This document shows positions 24,993 to 33,827 of a stretch of DNA of 38,033 bases, piece by piece. This DNA is from a virus. Lineage: Duplodnaviria > Caudoviricetes. The stretch's first letter is position 1, and the number at the start of each line of letters is the position of its first letter. The notes below the pieces were generated by a model that was not told the origin of the DNA, made no database searches, and saw only the letters and a list, made by a program, of their open reading frames with translations. The stretch spans positions 1 to 38,033 of IMG/VR virus record IMGVR_UViG_3300018050_000387; one strand, written 5' to 3'. Position numbers and translations under genes: made by a program.

Positions 24993-25744
24993 TTGCTTCC
25001 CCCAAATCCGAACGGGCATTTGGATTCTTCGGACTCACGCACCCTGCGGTATTCGCGGTATCGGTTGACATTGCTCAGCTTCTCGCCTTGCATGTACTTG
25101 TTGTACTCTTCTCTTGCGACCATGTGGTAGCGCAGATCAATTGGCCGATCAGTCATTGGGGTCAGGTGTACCAAAGGCTGTCCAAACTTTAAGCGATGCG
25201 TGGTCTTGGTTGCGCCCTTGATGAACAACACGTTCACATTCATAGAGTACTGGTAGTTGAACTCAGTCGTCCCCGGCAGCAAGATGTAGCTTGACAGGCT
25301 TGGCATACTCCATGTCGGCTGCTCCCATTTGAAGTAGACGTTTTCTTTGCAACGTGCGGCCCAGGGGTTGTCTAACTTCATGTGGCAATAGTGCGACTCA
25401 GGTGCATATACGCCGCGCAGCATTGCAGGGTGTTGGCTCATAGTGCTTATAGTGTCAGAATACTGAGCACCCCAGTATGGGTCGCCTATCGGCCCCATTT
25501 CTATCGTGTAGTCAGACCACATCGGTTGGATGATGCCGTGCTTGTAGTGATCGACCAGACCCATGCACCGCTTCATGGTGGCAGTGGGGAACAGGCTGTT
25601 CGGGATAGGCATCTCCACTTTCAAATCCTTCCACCATTGTGGGTAGAAGTGTGCCGCCGCTTTTGGCTTTGCCGCATCAAATACCATTTGTCGAAAGGTG
25701 AACATGTCGATCACCAGCTTGCGCTTTTTAAACAAGAAAATCAT
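24989..25744 (-). CDS. Hypothetical protein (251 aa), aromatic/beta-rich, ends KCPFGFGG
   Basis: ATG at 25744; PQWWKDL, TMKRCMG...PMWSD, GQPLVHLTP. Confidence 0.75.
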   Translation of the reverse strand: MIFLFKKRKLVIDMFTFRQMVFDAAKPKAAAHFYPQWWKDLKVEMPIPNSLFPTATMKRCMGLVDHYKHGIIQPMWSDYTIEMGPIGDPYWGAQYSDTISTMSQHPAMLRGVYAPESHYCHMKLDNPWAARCKENVYFKWEQPTWSMPSLSSYILLPGTTEFNYQYSMNVNVLFIKGATKTTHRLKFGQPLVHLTPMTDRPIDLRYHMVAREEYNKYMQGEKLSNVNRYREYRRVRESEESKCPFGFGGSK

Positions 25745-25898
25745 GCTTTTTTTCTTCCATATGTTTGTCAGCTTGTAATTTAGTTGTGAAGTACAAGTCG
25801 CACTTGGTGCAGCGCCATAGCTGTCCACTGGATACTCTGGTTCGGTCATCGAGTACCCCTGGTGGCTTGGTCTGCCATGTGCGGACAAGTTCAATCAT
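25728..25898 (-). CDS. Small C2H2-like zinc finger protein (56 aa)
   Basis: WRCTKCDLYFTTKLQADKH...H. Confidence 0.65.
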   Translation of the reverse strand: MIELVRTWQTKPPGVLDDRTRVSSGQLWRCTKCDLYFTTKLQADKHMEEKKHDFLV

Positions 25899-26202
25899 GC
25901 TCTTGCTCTGTGCGCTGTGGTGGGATGTCAAGATAAACTTTTGTGCTTCCGCGCACATCAAGTTTTTCCCATGCGGTAGATGTAAATAAATCTTTTACCA
26001 TGCCGACAGGCTCTTGCTCAATCTCTTGCCCAATCCTTTGCACTTCACGCATGGCGTGTTCTGCCAATCGTTCTTTGAGTGCGGCGATTGCTTCGTGCAT
26101 CTTTTCTGCGGATGCGTTGAACTCATCATTGTTTGTCCAATCAACAGACACCTCAGTTTCCAACGCATCAAGCGCCAGCTTAAATAATTGTTTGTCAGTC
26201 AT
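25891..26202 (-). CDS. Hypothetical phage protein
   Basis: ATGA coupling; ALDALE...AIAALKERLA...EQEPV...PPQRT pattern. Confidence 0.75.
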   Translation of the reverse strand: MTDKQLFKLALDALETEVSVDWTNNDEFNASAEKMHEAIAALKERLAEHAMREVQRIGQEIEQEPVGMVKDLFTSTAWEKLDVRGSTKVYLDIPPQRTEQEHD

Positions 26203-26273
26203 TTTCCGCAACTCCTACACTTGGTCAATATGGTAAAAACAGGGCGTTTGCAGTACACGCAATAGCTTGTCAT
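26199..26273 (-). CDS. 24-aa CxxC-x10-CxxC microprotein
   Basis: AGGAG RBS; ATGA overlaps at both ends; MTSYCVYCKRPVFTILTKCRSCGK. Confidence 0.7.
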   Translation of the reverse strand: MTSYCVYCKRPVFTILTKCRSCGK

Positions 26274-26515
26274 GCTTGTTCTCCTCTGGCTCTGATGGCA
26301 TCACCCCATGTACCGCCACCTTCTTTAAGTATGTGGTCTACCATATTTGCACAGGCTTCACGCTCTGCCAACACTGCTTTTGCAACTTCATCAATCACGG
26401 CACTGCGTTCAGTATTTTCTACATAGCGCATGATCTGGTGTTTGCGTGACCCTTGCAGACCCCAATCACCCTGACGCTTTGCCAAGTCTTCAAAGGCTTC
26501 ATCTTCTTCTGTCAT
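26270..26515 (-). CDS. Hypothetical phage protein (81 aa)
   Basis: GGAG RBS, ATGA overlap; MTEEDEAF...AEREACA...AIRARG. Confidence 0.75.
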   Translation of the reverse strand: MTEEDEAFEDLAKRQGDWGLQGSRKHQIMRYVENTERSAVIDEVAKAVLAEREACANMVDHILKEGGGTWGDAIRARGEQA

Positions 26516-26637
26516 CTGTCTCTCCGATCTTGTTCGTCCATCCAAAACCAAATTTCGGATAGCGCATACAGCACCAGCCCTGCTACGGACACACATAGTG
26601 CGCCAAGCAGAACCACGGTCACAACTGTTTCAGTCAT
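26512..26637 (-). CDS. Small single-pass membrane protein (41 aa)
   Basis: MTETVVTVVLLGALCVSVAGLVLYALSEIWFWMDEQDRRDR; fits gap exactly. Confidence 0.65.
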   Translation of the reverse strand: MTETVVTVVLLGALCVSVAGLVLYALSEIWFWMDEQDRRDR

Positions 26638-26638
26638 G

Positions 26639-27190
26639 TCAGGCCCCAAAGATTTTCTTCAGTGCGTCATACATCCCCCGTGCCTGGGTGATGGACATTC
26701 TGGCCAGCATTGCGTCTATGTCCCACGCATTGGGCGGCACACGTACGTTTACCTGTGGTGTAGCATCTGCTTTGGCAACCCTCTTTGCTTTTGCTTTTGC
26801 TTTACGTGCCAGCTTTTCTTGTCGGGCTTTGACTGCCAGTGCGAGGGAAGCCGACTTATCCATGCGAGGATATGAGTCGCCAATGCTGAACCAACGATAT
26901 GACTCGTCAGGTTTCTTGGTGCGCATAAGCTTATTGACTTTGAGCAGCTGGTTAAGTCTGGTTGATATGCCAGTATGCGTTTGGCCATCCATCCGTTTAT
27001 AAATCTCACCTGCGGTCAGACCTGGGTTTACGTGGACAAATTCCCATATCTGTTGCATCACGCTAAGAGACTTGTCTGATGTCTCCACTGTGACTGTTTG
27101 TTGGGTTCCAACGTCATCGTCAAATGTCAAGTCATTGAGTTTCATTTTTGGTAATACCTTTGTGAATATTTCAGTTTGGATGTCAGGCAT
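26639..27190 (-). CDS. Putative winged-helix DNA-binding protein
   Basis: QIWEFVHVNPGLTAGEI...ISTRLNQLLKVNKLMR; basic linker. Confidence 0.65.
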   Translation of the reverse strand: MPDIQTEIFTKVLPKMKLNDLTFDDDVGTQQTVTVETSDKSLSVMQQIWEFVHVNPGLTAGEIYKRMDGQTHTGISTRLNQLLKVNKLMRTKKPDESYRWFSIGDSYPRMDKSASLALAVKARQEKLARKAKAKAKRVAKADATPQVNVRVPPNAWDIDAMLARMSITQARGMYDALKKIFGA

Positions 27191-27192
27191 TT

Positions 27193-27492
27193 TTAAATCC
27201 CCAGTTTTCGTTCAACAAGAATTGATGTGACCAAGTCGCGCACTTCTTCTATGTCCTTGGCTATCTTGGTTCGTGCGTACTCCCCTTCGTTGTATGCGTA
27301 CTTCAAGACGTAGCCGTTCTCTGCTTCCTCAACTTGAAAACCAACAGAGTGTGATTGCTTGGGGCCAGCCCAGAACGTACCGGAGCTGCTCTTTGGCACC
27401 GTAATTCCGATAGTTCCTTGCCCCACGTTGGCAGAAGTCACCGCTCCCCCAAGGATGTTGCTACTATTCCCAAAGACGTTGCTACTATTCAT
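27193..27492 (-). CDS. Hypothetical protein
   Basis: GAGGAG RBS, ATGA overlap; VEEAENGYVL motif. Confidence 0.75.
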   Translation of the reverse strand: MNSSNVFGNSSNILGGAVTSANVGQGTIGITVPKSSSGTFWAGPKQSHSVGFQVEEAENGYVLKYAYNEGEYARTKIAKDIEEVRDLVTSILVERKLGI

Positions 27493-27734
27493 GGGTTCTC
27501 CTCTTGTTGTCGTTGCAGGCACTCGGTCAGCTTCTCAAGGTAGTGGATACCTTTGCCGATCTCTTGGATAGACATGTCCTTGTGCCCCATGCGCATGATG
27601 TACTTCAAAGCACCGCCACGGTAGTAGCCAATTTGTTGGTCAATCGGCCACGTATCCACAACATCCCACGGTTGAACCGCAAGCTTTTTGTAGTGGTCGC
27701 CACCCACTTGTCTTAGGCTTGGTTGTTCACTCAT
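27489..27734 (-). CDS. DUF3310 / SaV-like protein
   Basis: QVGGDHY...QPWD...GGALKYIMR.G.K...EIGKGIHYL; AAGGA RBS. Confidence 0.85.
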   Translation of the reverse strand: MSEQPSLRQVGGDHYKKLAVQPWDVVDTWPIDQQIGYYRGGALKYIMRMGHKDMSIQEIGKGIHYLEKLTECLQRQQEENP

Positions 27735-27918
27735 AGTGTTTCCTTTGCGGGTCAAGTCCAAAGTGCAACATCAACTGCACAAGTCGTGATTCAATTCTCG
27801 CCATACGCCCCTCAATCTCTCGGAGTCTCAAGTCGGTTTGCGGGGACGGCAAGCCGCCACTTCGCCCCAAGGAGGGAGACAGATCGTAACCACTGCCTTT
27901 GGTATTCTCGTTTGACAT
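27727..27918 (-). CDS. Hypothetical protein (63 aa)
   Basis: ORF coupled to next gene; RMARIESRLVQLMLH. Confidence 0.65.
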   Translation of the reverse strand: MSNENTKGSGYDLSPSLGRSGGLPSPQTDLRLREIEGRMARIESRLVQLMLHFGLDPQRKHYE

Positions 27919-27981
27919 TTTTTTCTACCCAGTAATCTTTAAAGTTTCTAATAGCGCGGCGTTTGAGTTGGTACTCAGTCA

Positions 27982-28635
27982 TTAGCGGCTCCCAATAGCG
28001 CCCATCATTCGGGCAATAGCGGCGGCGGACACGGCGGCATCTGTGTCTACCTTCTTGATGGCTTCAGCACCACCTGAATTGGTAGTGCGCTCAACCTTAC
28101 GTTCAACACGCTCAAGGAACTCTTTGGGGATGTAGATGCGGACATCAGGCCACAGCTTGAGGGCTTCGTTGAGTGACTTGCAAGCACCCAAGAACTCCAT
28201 GATTTGGTGACCCACATCTTTCCAGCGTTTCTCGATACTGCGCATCTCGGTGTAGTACGCCGTCAAGTCAGGTATGGCTGGGTGATCAACAGGCAGGTCA
28301 ACATCATACCCATAGCGGTCTGCATTGGGAGGCGTTAGCATTTTGGGTTTAAAGTCAACTCTGAAGCCAACCTTTTGCTTCGCCCCATTTTCAAACGTGA
28401 TGTTGGTGAGCAAGTTAACCGACTCGGTCTCTCTCAACCATTCTTTGGGCATCATCGCTTTGAGGGGGTAGTGTGCGCCCCACACCAGTTGCTCCATCGC
28501 TAAGTCTGCGCCTGACAGCGTCTTATCGTGGATAAGTTCGGGCAGCTTGATGCCTTCTTTCTCCATGCGCCGCATGTTGTCGATGTTGGAACGCACTGCA
28601 TTGCGCAGGTCTTGTGAAATTGATACGTATGCCAT
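27982..28635 (-). CDS. Hypothetical protein, possibly Nmad5-like
   Basis: GGAG RBS; KSLNEALKLWPDVRIYIP resembles the C-terminal motif of that family. Confidence 0.55.
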   Translation of the reverse strand: MAYVSISQDLRNAVRSNIDNMRRMEKEGIKLPELIHDKTLSGADLAMEQLVWGAHYPLKAMMPKEWLRETESVNLLTNITFENGAKQKVGFRVDFKPKMLTPPNADRYGYDVDLPVDHPAIPDLTAYYTEMRSIEKRWKDVGHQIMEFLGACKSLNEALKLWPDVRIYIPKEFLERVERKVERTTNSGGAEAIKKVDTDAAVSAAAIARMMGAIGSR

Positions 28636-28637
28636 GT

Positions 28638-29210
28638 TTAAATCTCCAATTCAGTTAGTTCAATATAGTTGTCTTGCATCCACGCTGACACAGCTTCATC
28701 GCTGGTCAGGTCGTCATACTCTTGTTCAAGAGTTCGGTACAGGCTTCTCATGTGTCCACGTAAGTTCTCCTTCATTTCATCAGTTATTGCTAGGAAGTCA
28801 TATGTCTCCAGTGTGTTAGCCCATGTGTCATGTCTCAGGGGTTCTTCGTCTTCGTCATACGGGTTCTTTGGCCTCCACAAGGCATCGTCATATAGAACGC
28901 TGTGCTCATGGCAGTAACGCCCTCTTTGCTCCCACGAAAAAGACCAATTGTCTTCTGCTGCTTGGTGCAATATTAGATTGTCGTAGCCTAGATGCAATAG
29001 GTATTTACCCCAATCCACAATCCTCCCATCAAAACAAGCACCGTCACCTTGGCTCCAGAATCCGCTGAACTGTATCCGTATGACTTGTATTCCTATGACG
29101 GACATCGTCTCTTCGAAATGTTCGTACACATTGTCATACCAGTCATCATGACACACAAGCACATCGCGGTACTTGTCGATCAGGTCTTTGGGGTAATACA
29201 ACTCACTCAT
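28638..29210 (-). CDS. Acidic conserved phage/plasmid protein (FSGFWSQGDGACF family)
   Basis: FSGFWSQGDGACF, YCHE, LEQEYDDLTSDEAV motifs. Confidence 0.75.
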   Translation of the reverse strand: MSELYYPKDLIDKYRDVLVCHDDWYDNVYEHFEETMSVIGIQVIRIQFSGFWSQGDGACFDGRIVDWGKYLLHLGYDNLILHQAAEDNWSFSWEQRGRYCHEHSVLYDDALWRPKNPYDEDEEPLRHDTWANTLETYDFLAITDEMKENLRGHMRSLYRTLEQEYDDLTSDEAVSAWMQDNYIELTELEI

Positions 29211-30040
29211 ACTTCTACCCTTTCATATGAATTGGTTTCTTCATATATGTGCTTGCGCAGTGCCTTCATGCCGCTCTCGATGATGTTTCGGTGATATGTT
29301 TTCCGCCGCTCTTCAAGCGGAATTCGCGTCCACTGCCCATCTACAAACCCACTTTGTGGGGGAGTAATTGCACAATCCATACCACGGTAGAACACAGCTT
29401 CAGCGTCTTCTCCCAAGGGGTCTTGGTAGTTGATATCACTCACTTGTTTTATTACGACATCCGGTACGAACGAGTACGAGCCGTCAAGTCGCTTCGTTGT
29501 TGCCTCATCAAACACTCCCATTCTTGCCATCGTGATCGTCAACTTGCGCAACCTTGCAGTAGATGTGGACACCGTCTTAATTGCGTCTTTCTTGACCAGT
29601 ATCTTGACATCTTTGCGTGGGTTGATGAACGACCCAACCTCACCTTCAGGGGTCAGCTGGACTTGTAACCCCATGTGGTAGGGGATACTGCCGCCTGAAT
29701 AGCATGTGGTTTTGTTTATACGAACCGCTGACTCTTTGGTCTTGTGCTTTGCTTGGTCAGAGTACACCCACCTTCCAATGGCACGGGTAAGTCGATTGCG
29801 TATTGTGATGTTGTTGGGTTCAGCGTACAGCGTCACGATGTTGAACGGGTCGATTGCCCACATCATCTGCGGTGCGGTGTTCTGGCTTTCCCACCACTTT
29901 GGCGTTCGTACTACCGTGAAGATGTCGTTTGCAAAATGTATCTGGCAGTCGCGGAAGATTGGTTTTGTATCGCTTCCTTTCTTTCGCCGTGCGAATGTGG
30001 CTACATAGTCAGCATAGGTTGGGGCTTTCGTAAGTCTCAT
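29207..30040 (-). CDS. Hypothetical protein (277 aa)
   Basis: AAAGGA RBS; long ORF coupled to next gene. Confidence 0.8.
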   Translation of the reverse strand: MRLTKAPTYADYVATFARRKKGSDTKPIFRDCQIHFANDIFTVVRTPKWWESQNTAPQMMWAIDPFNIVTLYAEPNNITIRNRLTRAIGRWVYSDQAKHKTKESAVRINKTTCYSGGSIPYHMGLQVQLTPEGEVGSFINPRKDVKILVKKDAIKTVSTSTARLRKLTITMARMGVFDEATTKRLDGSYSFVPDVVIKQVSDINYQDPLGEDAEAVFYRGMDCAITPPQSGFVDGQWTRIPLEERRKTYHRNIIESGMKALRKHIYEETNSYERVEV

Positions 30041-30069
30041 GTCGTTCCTTTCAGTGAGTAAGTTGTTAG

Positions 30070-31197
30070 TTAGTCTGCCATGTCAAAGTGGATGTTCTCG
30101 CCGTGGGTGGCTTCGACATCGGAACTGATACACCACACGACTGGGTAGCCAGGGTCATCGCCAAAGTCTGTATAACCATCGGTCAAGCACACGAACACAT
30201 CAGGCTCGATACCCTGCTCGGCACAGAAGTCGAACCCTGCTGGCATATGAGTGCCGCCGCCTGAGTAGAACTCCAACTGCATTTCTTCGCCGCAGTCGAA
30301 CTCAACATGCTTCTGAACTTCGGTGTCGGTGTACAACACATGAACCTTGCTTGGACGGCACTGGTCGATGATGCGTGATAGGTGACCGTTGTAGTGTGCC
30401 AACTCTTGCTTAGAGATCGATCCAGACACATCGACTTGCACCACAAGTTCGCCCATCTGTGGCAGCTTGTCTACGCTAGGCAGATAGACCTCGAACCTGC
30501 GGTTCTTACGCCGCCATGTCTGACCCTGATTGACACGGCTGACCATGTGCTTCTCAAGGATTTCAAACCACGGTGTCTTCACATTCAGGATGTCTGCCAC
30601 CATATCTGCCAATCTACCTGGCAGCTTGCCCTGCATCTTCGCTGCCTGGGCTGCCTCTGCGATCTGTACCTTGATCTCACCCTCGATCTCATGCACCTCA
30701 TCAGTGGTCATGGGCTTGCCTGACTCACCAATACCATCGGTGTAGTAGATGTCGTCACCCAACCCATCGTCATCGCTGTTACCACTGCCGTTGTCTGGCA
30801 AGTTGGCGTAGATGTTCTCGACTGTGTCGTCCTTAGACCCAGGCATATCTATACACTTGGGGATACGCTCACCCATCTTGGCTTCGTCAAGTGTGTCGTT
30901 AATCCATGCGTCGCCTGCGTAGTTCCATTTCTTGGGGTCGCGGTTACCCTTACGAACGGCGTGTTGACCGACCACATGGAACACCTCATGACACAAGCCC
31001 CACACTAGCTGGGGAGCAGTCAGCGTGGCGACAAAGTCAGGGTTGAAGTAAATACGCGCCTTGCCATCGACTGCCAATGTCTTGATCTCACGGGTCTCGA
31101 TGAACGGACGGCGCAACAGTATTGACGCCACGAACGGATGTTCAATCACGATCAACGCCCTTGCCTTCTCGATGTTTGATGCTTTATGAATTGCCAT
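30070..31197 (-). CDS. Metallopeptidase + vWA domain protein (DUF2201-like)
   Basis: CHEVFH zincin motif, WNYAGD..IN, MIDAS DVSGS, GGGT, LTDGY. Confidence 0.9.
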   Translation of the reverse strand: MAIHKASNIEKARALIVIEHPFVASILLRRPFIETREIKTLAVDGKARIYFNPDFVATLTAPQLVWGLCHEVFHVVGQHAVRKGNRDPKKWNYAGDAWINDTLDEAKMGERIPKCIDMPGSKDDTVENIYANLPDNGSGNSDDDGLGDDIYYTDGIGESGKPMTTDEVHEIEGEIKVQIAEAAQAAKMQGKLPGRLADMVADILNVKTPWFEILEKHMVSRVNQGQTWRRKNRRFEVYLPSVDKLPQMGELVVQVDVSGSISKQELAHYNGHLSRIIDQCRPSKVHVLYTDTEVQKHVEFDCGEEMQLEFYSGGGTHMPAGFDFCAEQGIEPDVFVCLTDGYTDFGDDPGYPVVWCISSDVEATHGENIHFDMAD

Positions 31198-31405
31198 TTA
31201 GTTTCTCCTGGTTACGAACATGGATGTCACCCTCTCGGTCTCGCACAAGGGTGATCTTCTTATCAGCCACTCCACTCAGTGTGTGCATCAGCAGACGCAT
31301 GGCTTCCCTCTGTGACTCAATCATCTTGCGGTGAATGTGAATCACATAGATAAGCACACCAATGCCAATGCCCAACACTAACTCCAACTCGCTCAAGGTA
31401 ATCAT
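31184..31405 (-). CDS. Small membrane-anchored protein (73 aa)
   Basis: Hydrophobic LVLGIGIGVLIYVI; ATGA overlap. Confidence 0.7.
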   Translation of the reverse strand: MITLSELELVLGIGIGVLIYVIHIHRKMIESQREAMRLLMHTLSGVADKKITLVRDREGDIHVRNQEKLNGNS

Positions 31406-32280
31406 CGGAACAACGCTCCCATCTGCCGTGCGATTTCGTCCAGCTTCTTGGCGGCTTGGTCTCGGACGATAGGCGACTCACGCAGGACATTGGTGCCCTG
31501 ATACACACTGACTGCCTGTGCCAACCTGTCGGTCATGTCGGAAATCTCGGGGTCATCAGACACATTCAACTTCTTGGCACGGTCAATGTTGGCTATGATG
31601 TTCTCGATAGCACTGTCTCGGAAGATCGCACCCTCAGTACCGATAGGCTTGTTCAGCTTCTCGATCAAGTGGCTCAGTGGTTCCAGCATGGTCTTGATCA
31701 CCTCGTTGCGAGCGCCGACCTCCACCTGCTCCATCATCTGCGTAAACGCCGCCTTGTCTTCCTCGTTGATGTCAAACAGGAAGTGGCTCGCCTCCGGCAG
31801 CGGGGAGAACTTGAGATCAAACCCCATACGATCTTGGAATTCCTCCATAGTGGGATAGTCAGACACACTGGCCCGCCCGTTGGGACGCAAGCTGCGGTAT
31901 GCAATGTCAAGCTGTACATACTTGTCGTAGTTGGGCATGTGCAGTGCCATCATGTTGTCCACCTGCTGTATGCGCTGACGCATCTGGGCTGAGTAGTCGA
32001 AGTACTCGGTGTTGGGTAACAAGCGCGGCCCCTTGTCAACATACGCAAGTGTGCGGTCTTTGTGGGTGGTGTACACCTCGCTTGCCGCAGACATGATCTG
32101 GTTGATGGGGTTGAGTTTGTCACGGAACAACTTGGAGTTGACCACCAACGATGTGTCGTCCAGCTGGGACTGGATGTACGACTCCGCAGATGTATCCCTA
32201 CGGGTCAGGTTGGCACGGCGCACCGTGAGTTTGACAAGCATAGCCTTGGCGGCTAGGGGGGTGACGTTGAGTTGGTTCAT
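31402..32280 (-). CDS. Helical protein, DUF3150-like
   Basis: GPRLLP, DYPT..E..DRMGF, IFRDSAIEN; lies between AAA+ and vWA genes. Confidence 0.6.
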   Translation of the reverse strand: MNQLNVTPLAAKAMLVKLTVRRANLTRRDTSAESYIQSQLDDTSLVVNSKLFRDKLNPINQIMSAASEVYTTHKDRTLAYVDKGPRLLPNTEYFDYSAQMRQRIQQVDNMMALHMPNYDKYVQLDIAYRSLRPNGRASVSDYPTMEEFQDRMGFDLKFSPLPEASHFLFDINEEDKAAFTQMMEQVEVGARNEVIKTMLEPLSHLIEKLNKPIGTEGAIFRDSAIENIIANIDRAKKLNVSDDPEISDMTDRLAQAVSVYQGTNVLRESPIVRDQAAKKLDEIARQMGALFR

Positions 32281-32561
32281 AGGTTACCTTTCAAAGTTAA
32301 TAAAGAAGTGACATAGGCATACGCCTTGGCATCGCGCAGGGAAGCAAATTCAAACGGAAAATCGCTGTCACTGAAGTCGTTGAACATTACTCTGTAGTCA
32401 GAGCCATACCGAAACACACTTGCCAACAGCTTGTTGTGTGGTGAGTCCCGCCTTACTAGATATAGTCTTTCGACCGTACCAGTTCTGTCTAAATTCAGGC
32501 TTCCAGCCGTGTTTGCTGCGGTCGGTGACCACCACACGAGTTCAGAGGTATGTGTTGCCAT
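32277..32561 (-). CDS. Hypothetical protein
   Basis: Fills gap; FASLRDAKAY; start uncertain. Confidence 0.55.
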   Translation of the reverse strand: MATHTSELVWWSPTAANTAGSLNLDRTGTVERLYLVRRDSPHNKLLASVFRYGSDYRVMFNDFSDSDFPFEFASLRDAKAYAYVTSLLTLKGNL

Positions 32562-33546
32562 GCGTGACTGTCCACTGAACATACGCTTTGGTGTTGCGCA
32601 CACTCGGGTCTTGGCGGGTAGCATCCAATACAAACATGACTTGGAAGTCGCTGGGCATACGGCTGATGTACTCCATGACTCGGTCGAAGTTGCCCTTGTT
32701 AGAACGCTCAGCGATTGCGCCAGTCAAGGCGAACCGAACCGCTGGGTCTTCAGGCACCTCGGCTTTGCTTGGGTTCATAAGCAGTGCGTCAATGTTGGGC
32801 AAGGACTCGAAGATACGCTTGAAGCCAGTGTACTCAGCCGCCGCACCCTCACCCACACAGCCAGCGATGTTGCTGAAGTACAGGTCAGACGGCAAGGTCT
32901 CGTCCACCTCATTGGCCATTGACCAAGTGCGAGGCGATGGGTTGATCTTGCGATTGGCATCGAAGTCAGACAGCAGGGCTGGACGGAAACGCAGGAACTG
33001 AATCATCTTGAGGTCAATACCAGCATCGAATGCCCAGTCACACCAGTCGTCCAGGTTCTCGTCAAAGGTCAGGTTCTGCATACGACCGGACAACTTGGTA
33101 GTCATACGGGTAGCACCAGACTTGTGCTCTGTCGAATTACCTGAGCCAATGATGAACAGCTTGCGGTGCAGCTTGAGTTCGCCTGCCTGCCGGTCAAGGA
33201 TGACACGACACATGGGATTCTGCATAGGTACAGGTGCATCTGACAACTCCTCGATGATCAAGGCGCAGGGCTGATCAGTGCCATCGTCACGAATGCGATA
33301 GAACTCTTGGGGAGGCAACCAGCGTGAATAATCGCCGTCCGTGATAGGTAAGCCCATGATGTCCACGGGGTCACGCAAGGATGGATTGAACTCGGTGATG
33401 CGCTCGGGTGCAATGCCCATATCCCGCACAATTTGACGGCACAGTGAAGACTTGCCGCCTCCAGGTTTGCCCTCGATGAAGGGTACAAGTGTGTTGCCTT
33501 TGGCGAAGTTGGCCAAGCAAGAACGATACAGGTCTGAGTATTTCAT
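32542..33546 (-). CDS. AAA+ ATPase (MoxR/dynein-related type)
   Basis: Walker A GKPGGGKS, Walker B LIIEE, sensor GSGN, SPRTW. Confidence 0.9.
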   Translation of the reverse strand: MKYSDLYRSCLANFAKGNTLVPFIEGKPGGGKSSLCRQIVRDMGIAPERITEFNPSLRDPVDIMGLPITDGDYSRWLPPQEFYRIRDDGTDQPCALIIEELSDAPVPMQNPMCRVILDRQAGELKLHRKLFIIGSGNSTEHKSGATRMTTKLSGRMQNLTFDENLDDWCDWAFDAGIDLKMIQFLRFRPALLSDFDANRKINPSPRTWSMANEVDETLPSDLYFSNIAGCVGEGAAAEYTGFKRIFESLPNIDALLMNPSKAEVPEDPAVRFALTGAIAERSNKGNFDRVMEYISRMPSDFQVMFVLDATRQDPSVRNTKAYVQWTVTHGNTYL

Positions 33547-33572
33547 AAGGTCTTTCAGTGAGTTGAAGTTGT

Positions 33573-33590
33573 GTTAGGGTTTACCCTAAC
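33573..33590. promoter_or_regulatory. Palindrome upstream of the AAA+ operon (candidate operator)
   Basis: GTTAGGGT-TT-ACCCTAAC, perfect 8-bp arms, intergenic. Confidence 0.55.
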
Positions 33591-33611
33591 GGTCTGCTAC
33601 ACGCACAAGTT

Positions 33612-33827
33612 CTACGCTTGTGTTCCATTTGATCTGTCAGTTGGGTGGCTCGCCTGGTGAGCTAGTAGTTCTGCAAGTCTATCTAGTCTGGTTTTGAAGA
33701 CTTCATCCAAGACAACCTTGGCACTGGCTCGGCTTATCGTCCCATCTTCCACCCGCTTGATGACTGCGGCCAAGTACTCCGGTGGTATGAGTATTGTCAT
33801 GAGTTCCCATTGCTCGTCTTGTGTCAT
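33612..33827 (-). CDS. Small protein resembling the GatB/YqeY helical domain
   Basis: GGAGG RBS; IPPEYLAAVIKRVEDGTISRASAKVVLDEV. Confidence 0.55.
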   Translation of the reverse strand: MTQDEQWELMTILIPPEYLAAVIKRVEDGTISRASAKVVLDEVFKTRLDRLAELLAHQASHPTDRSNGTQA

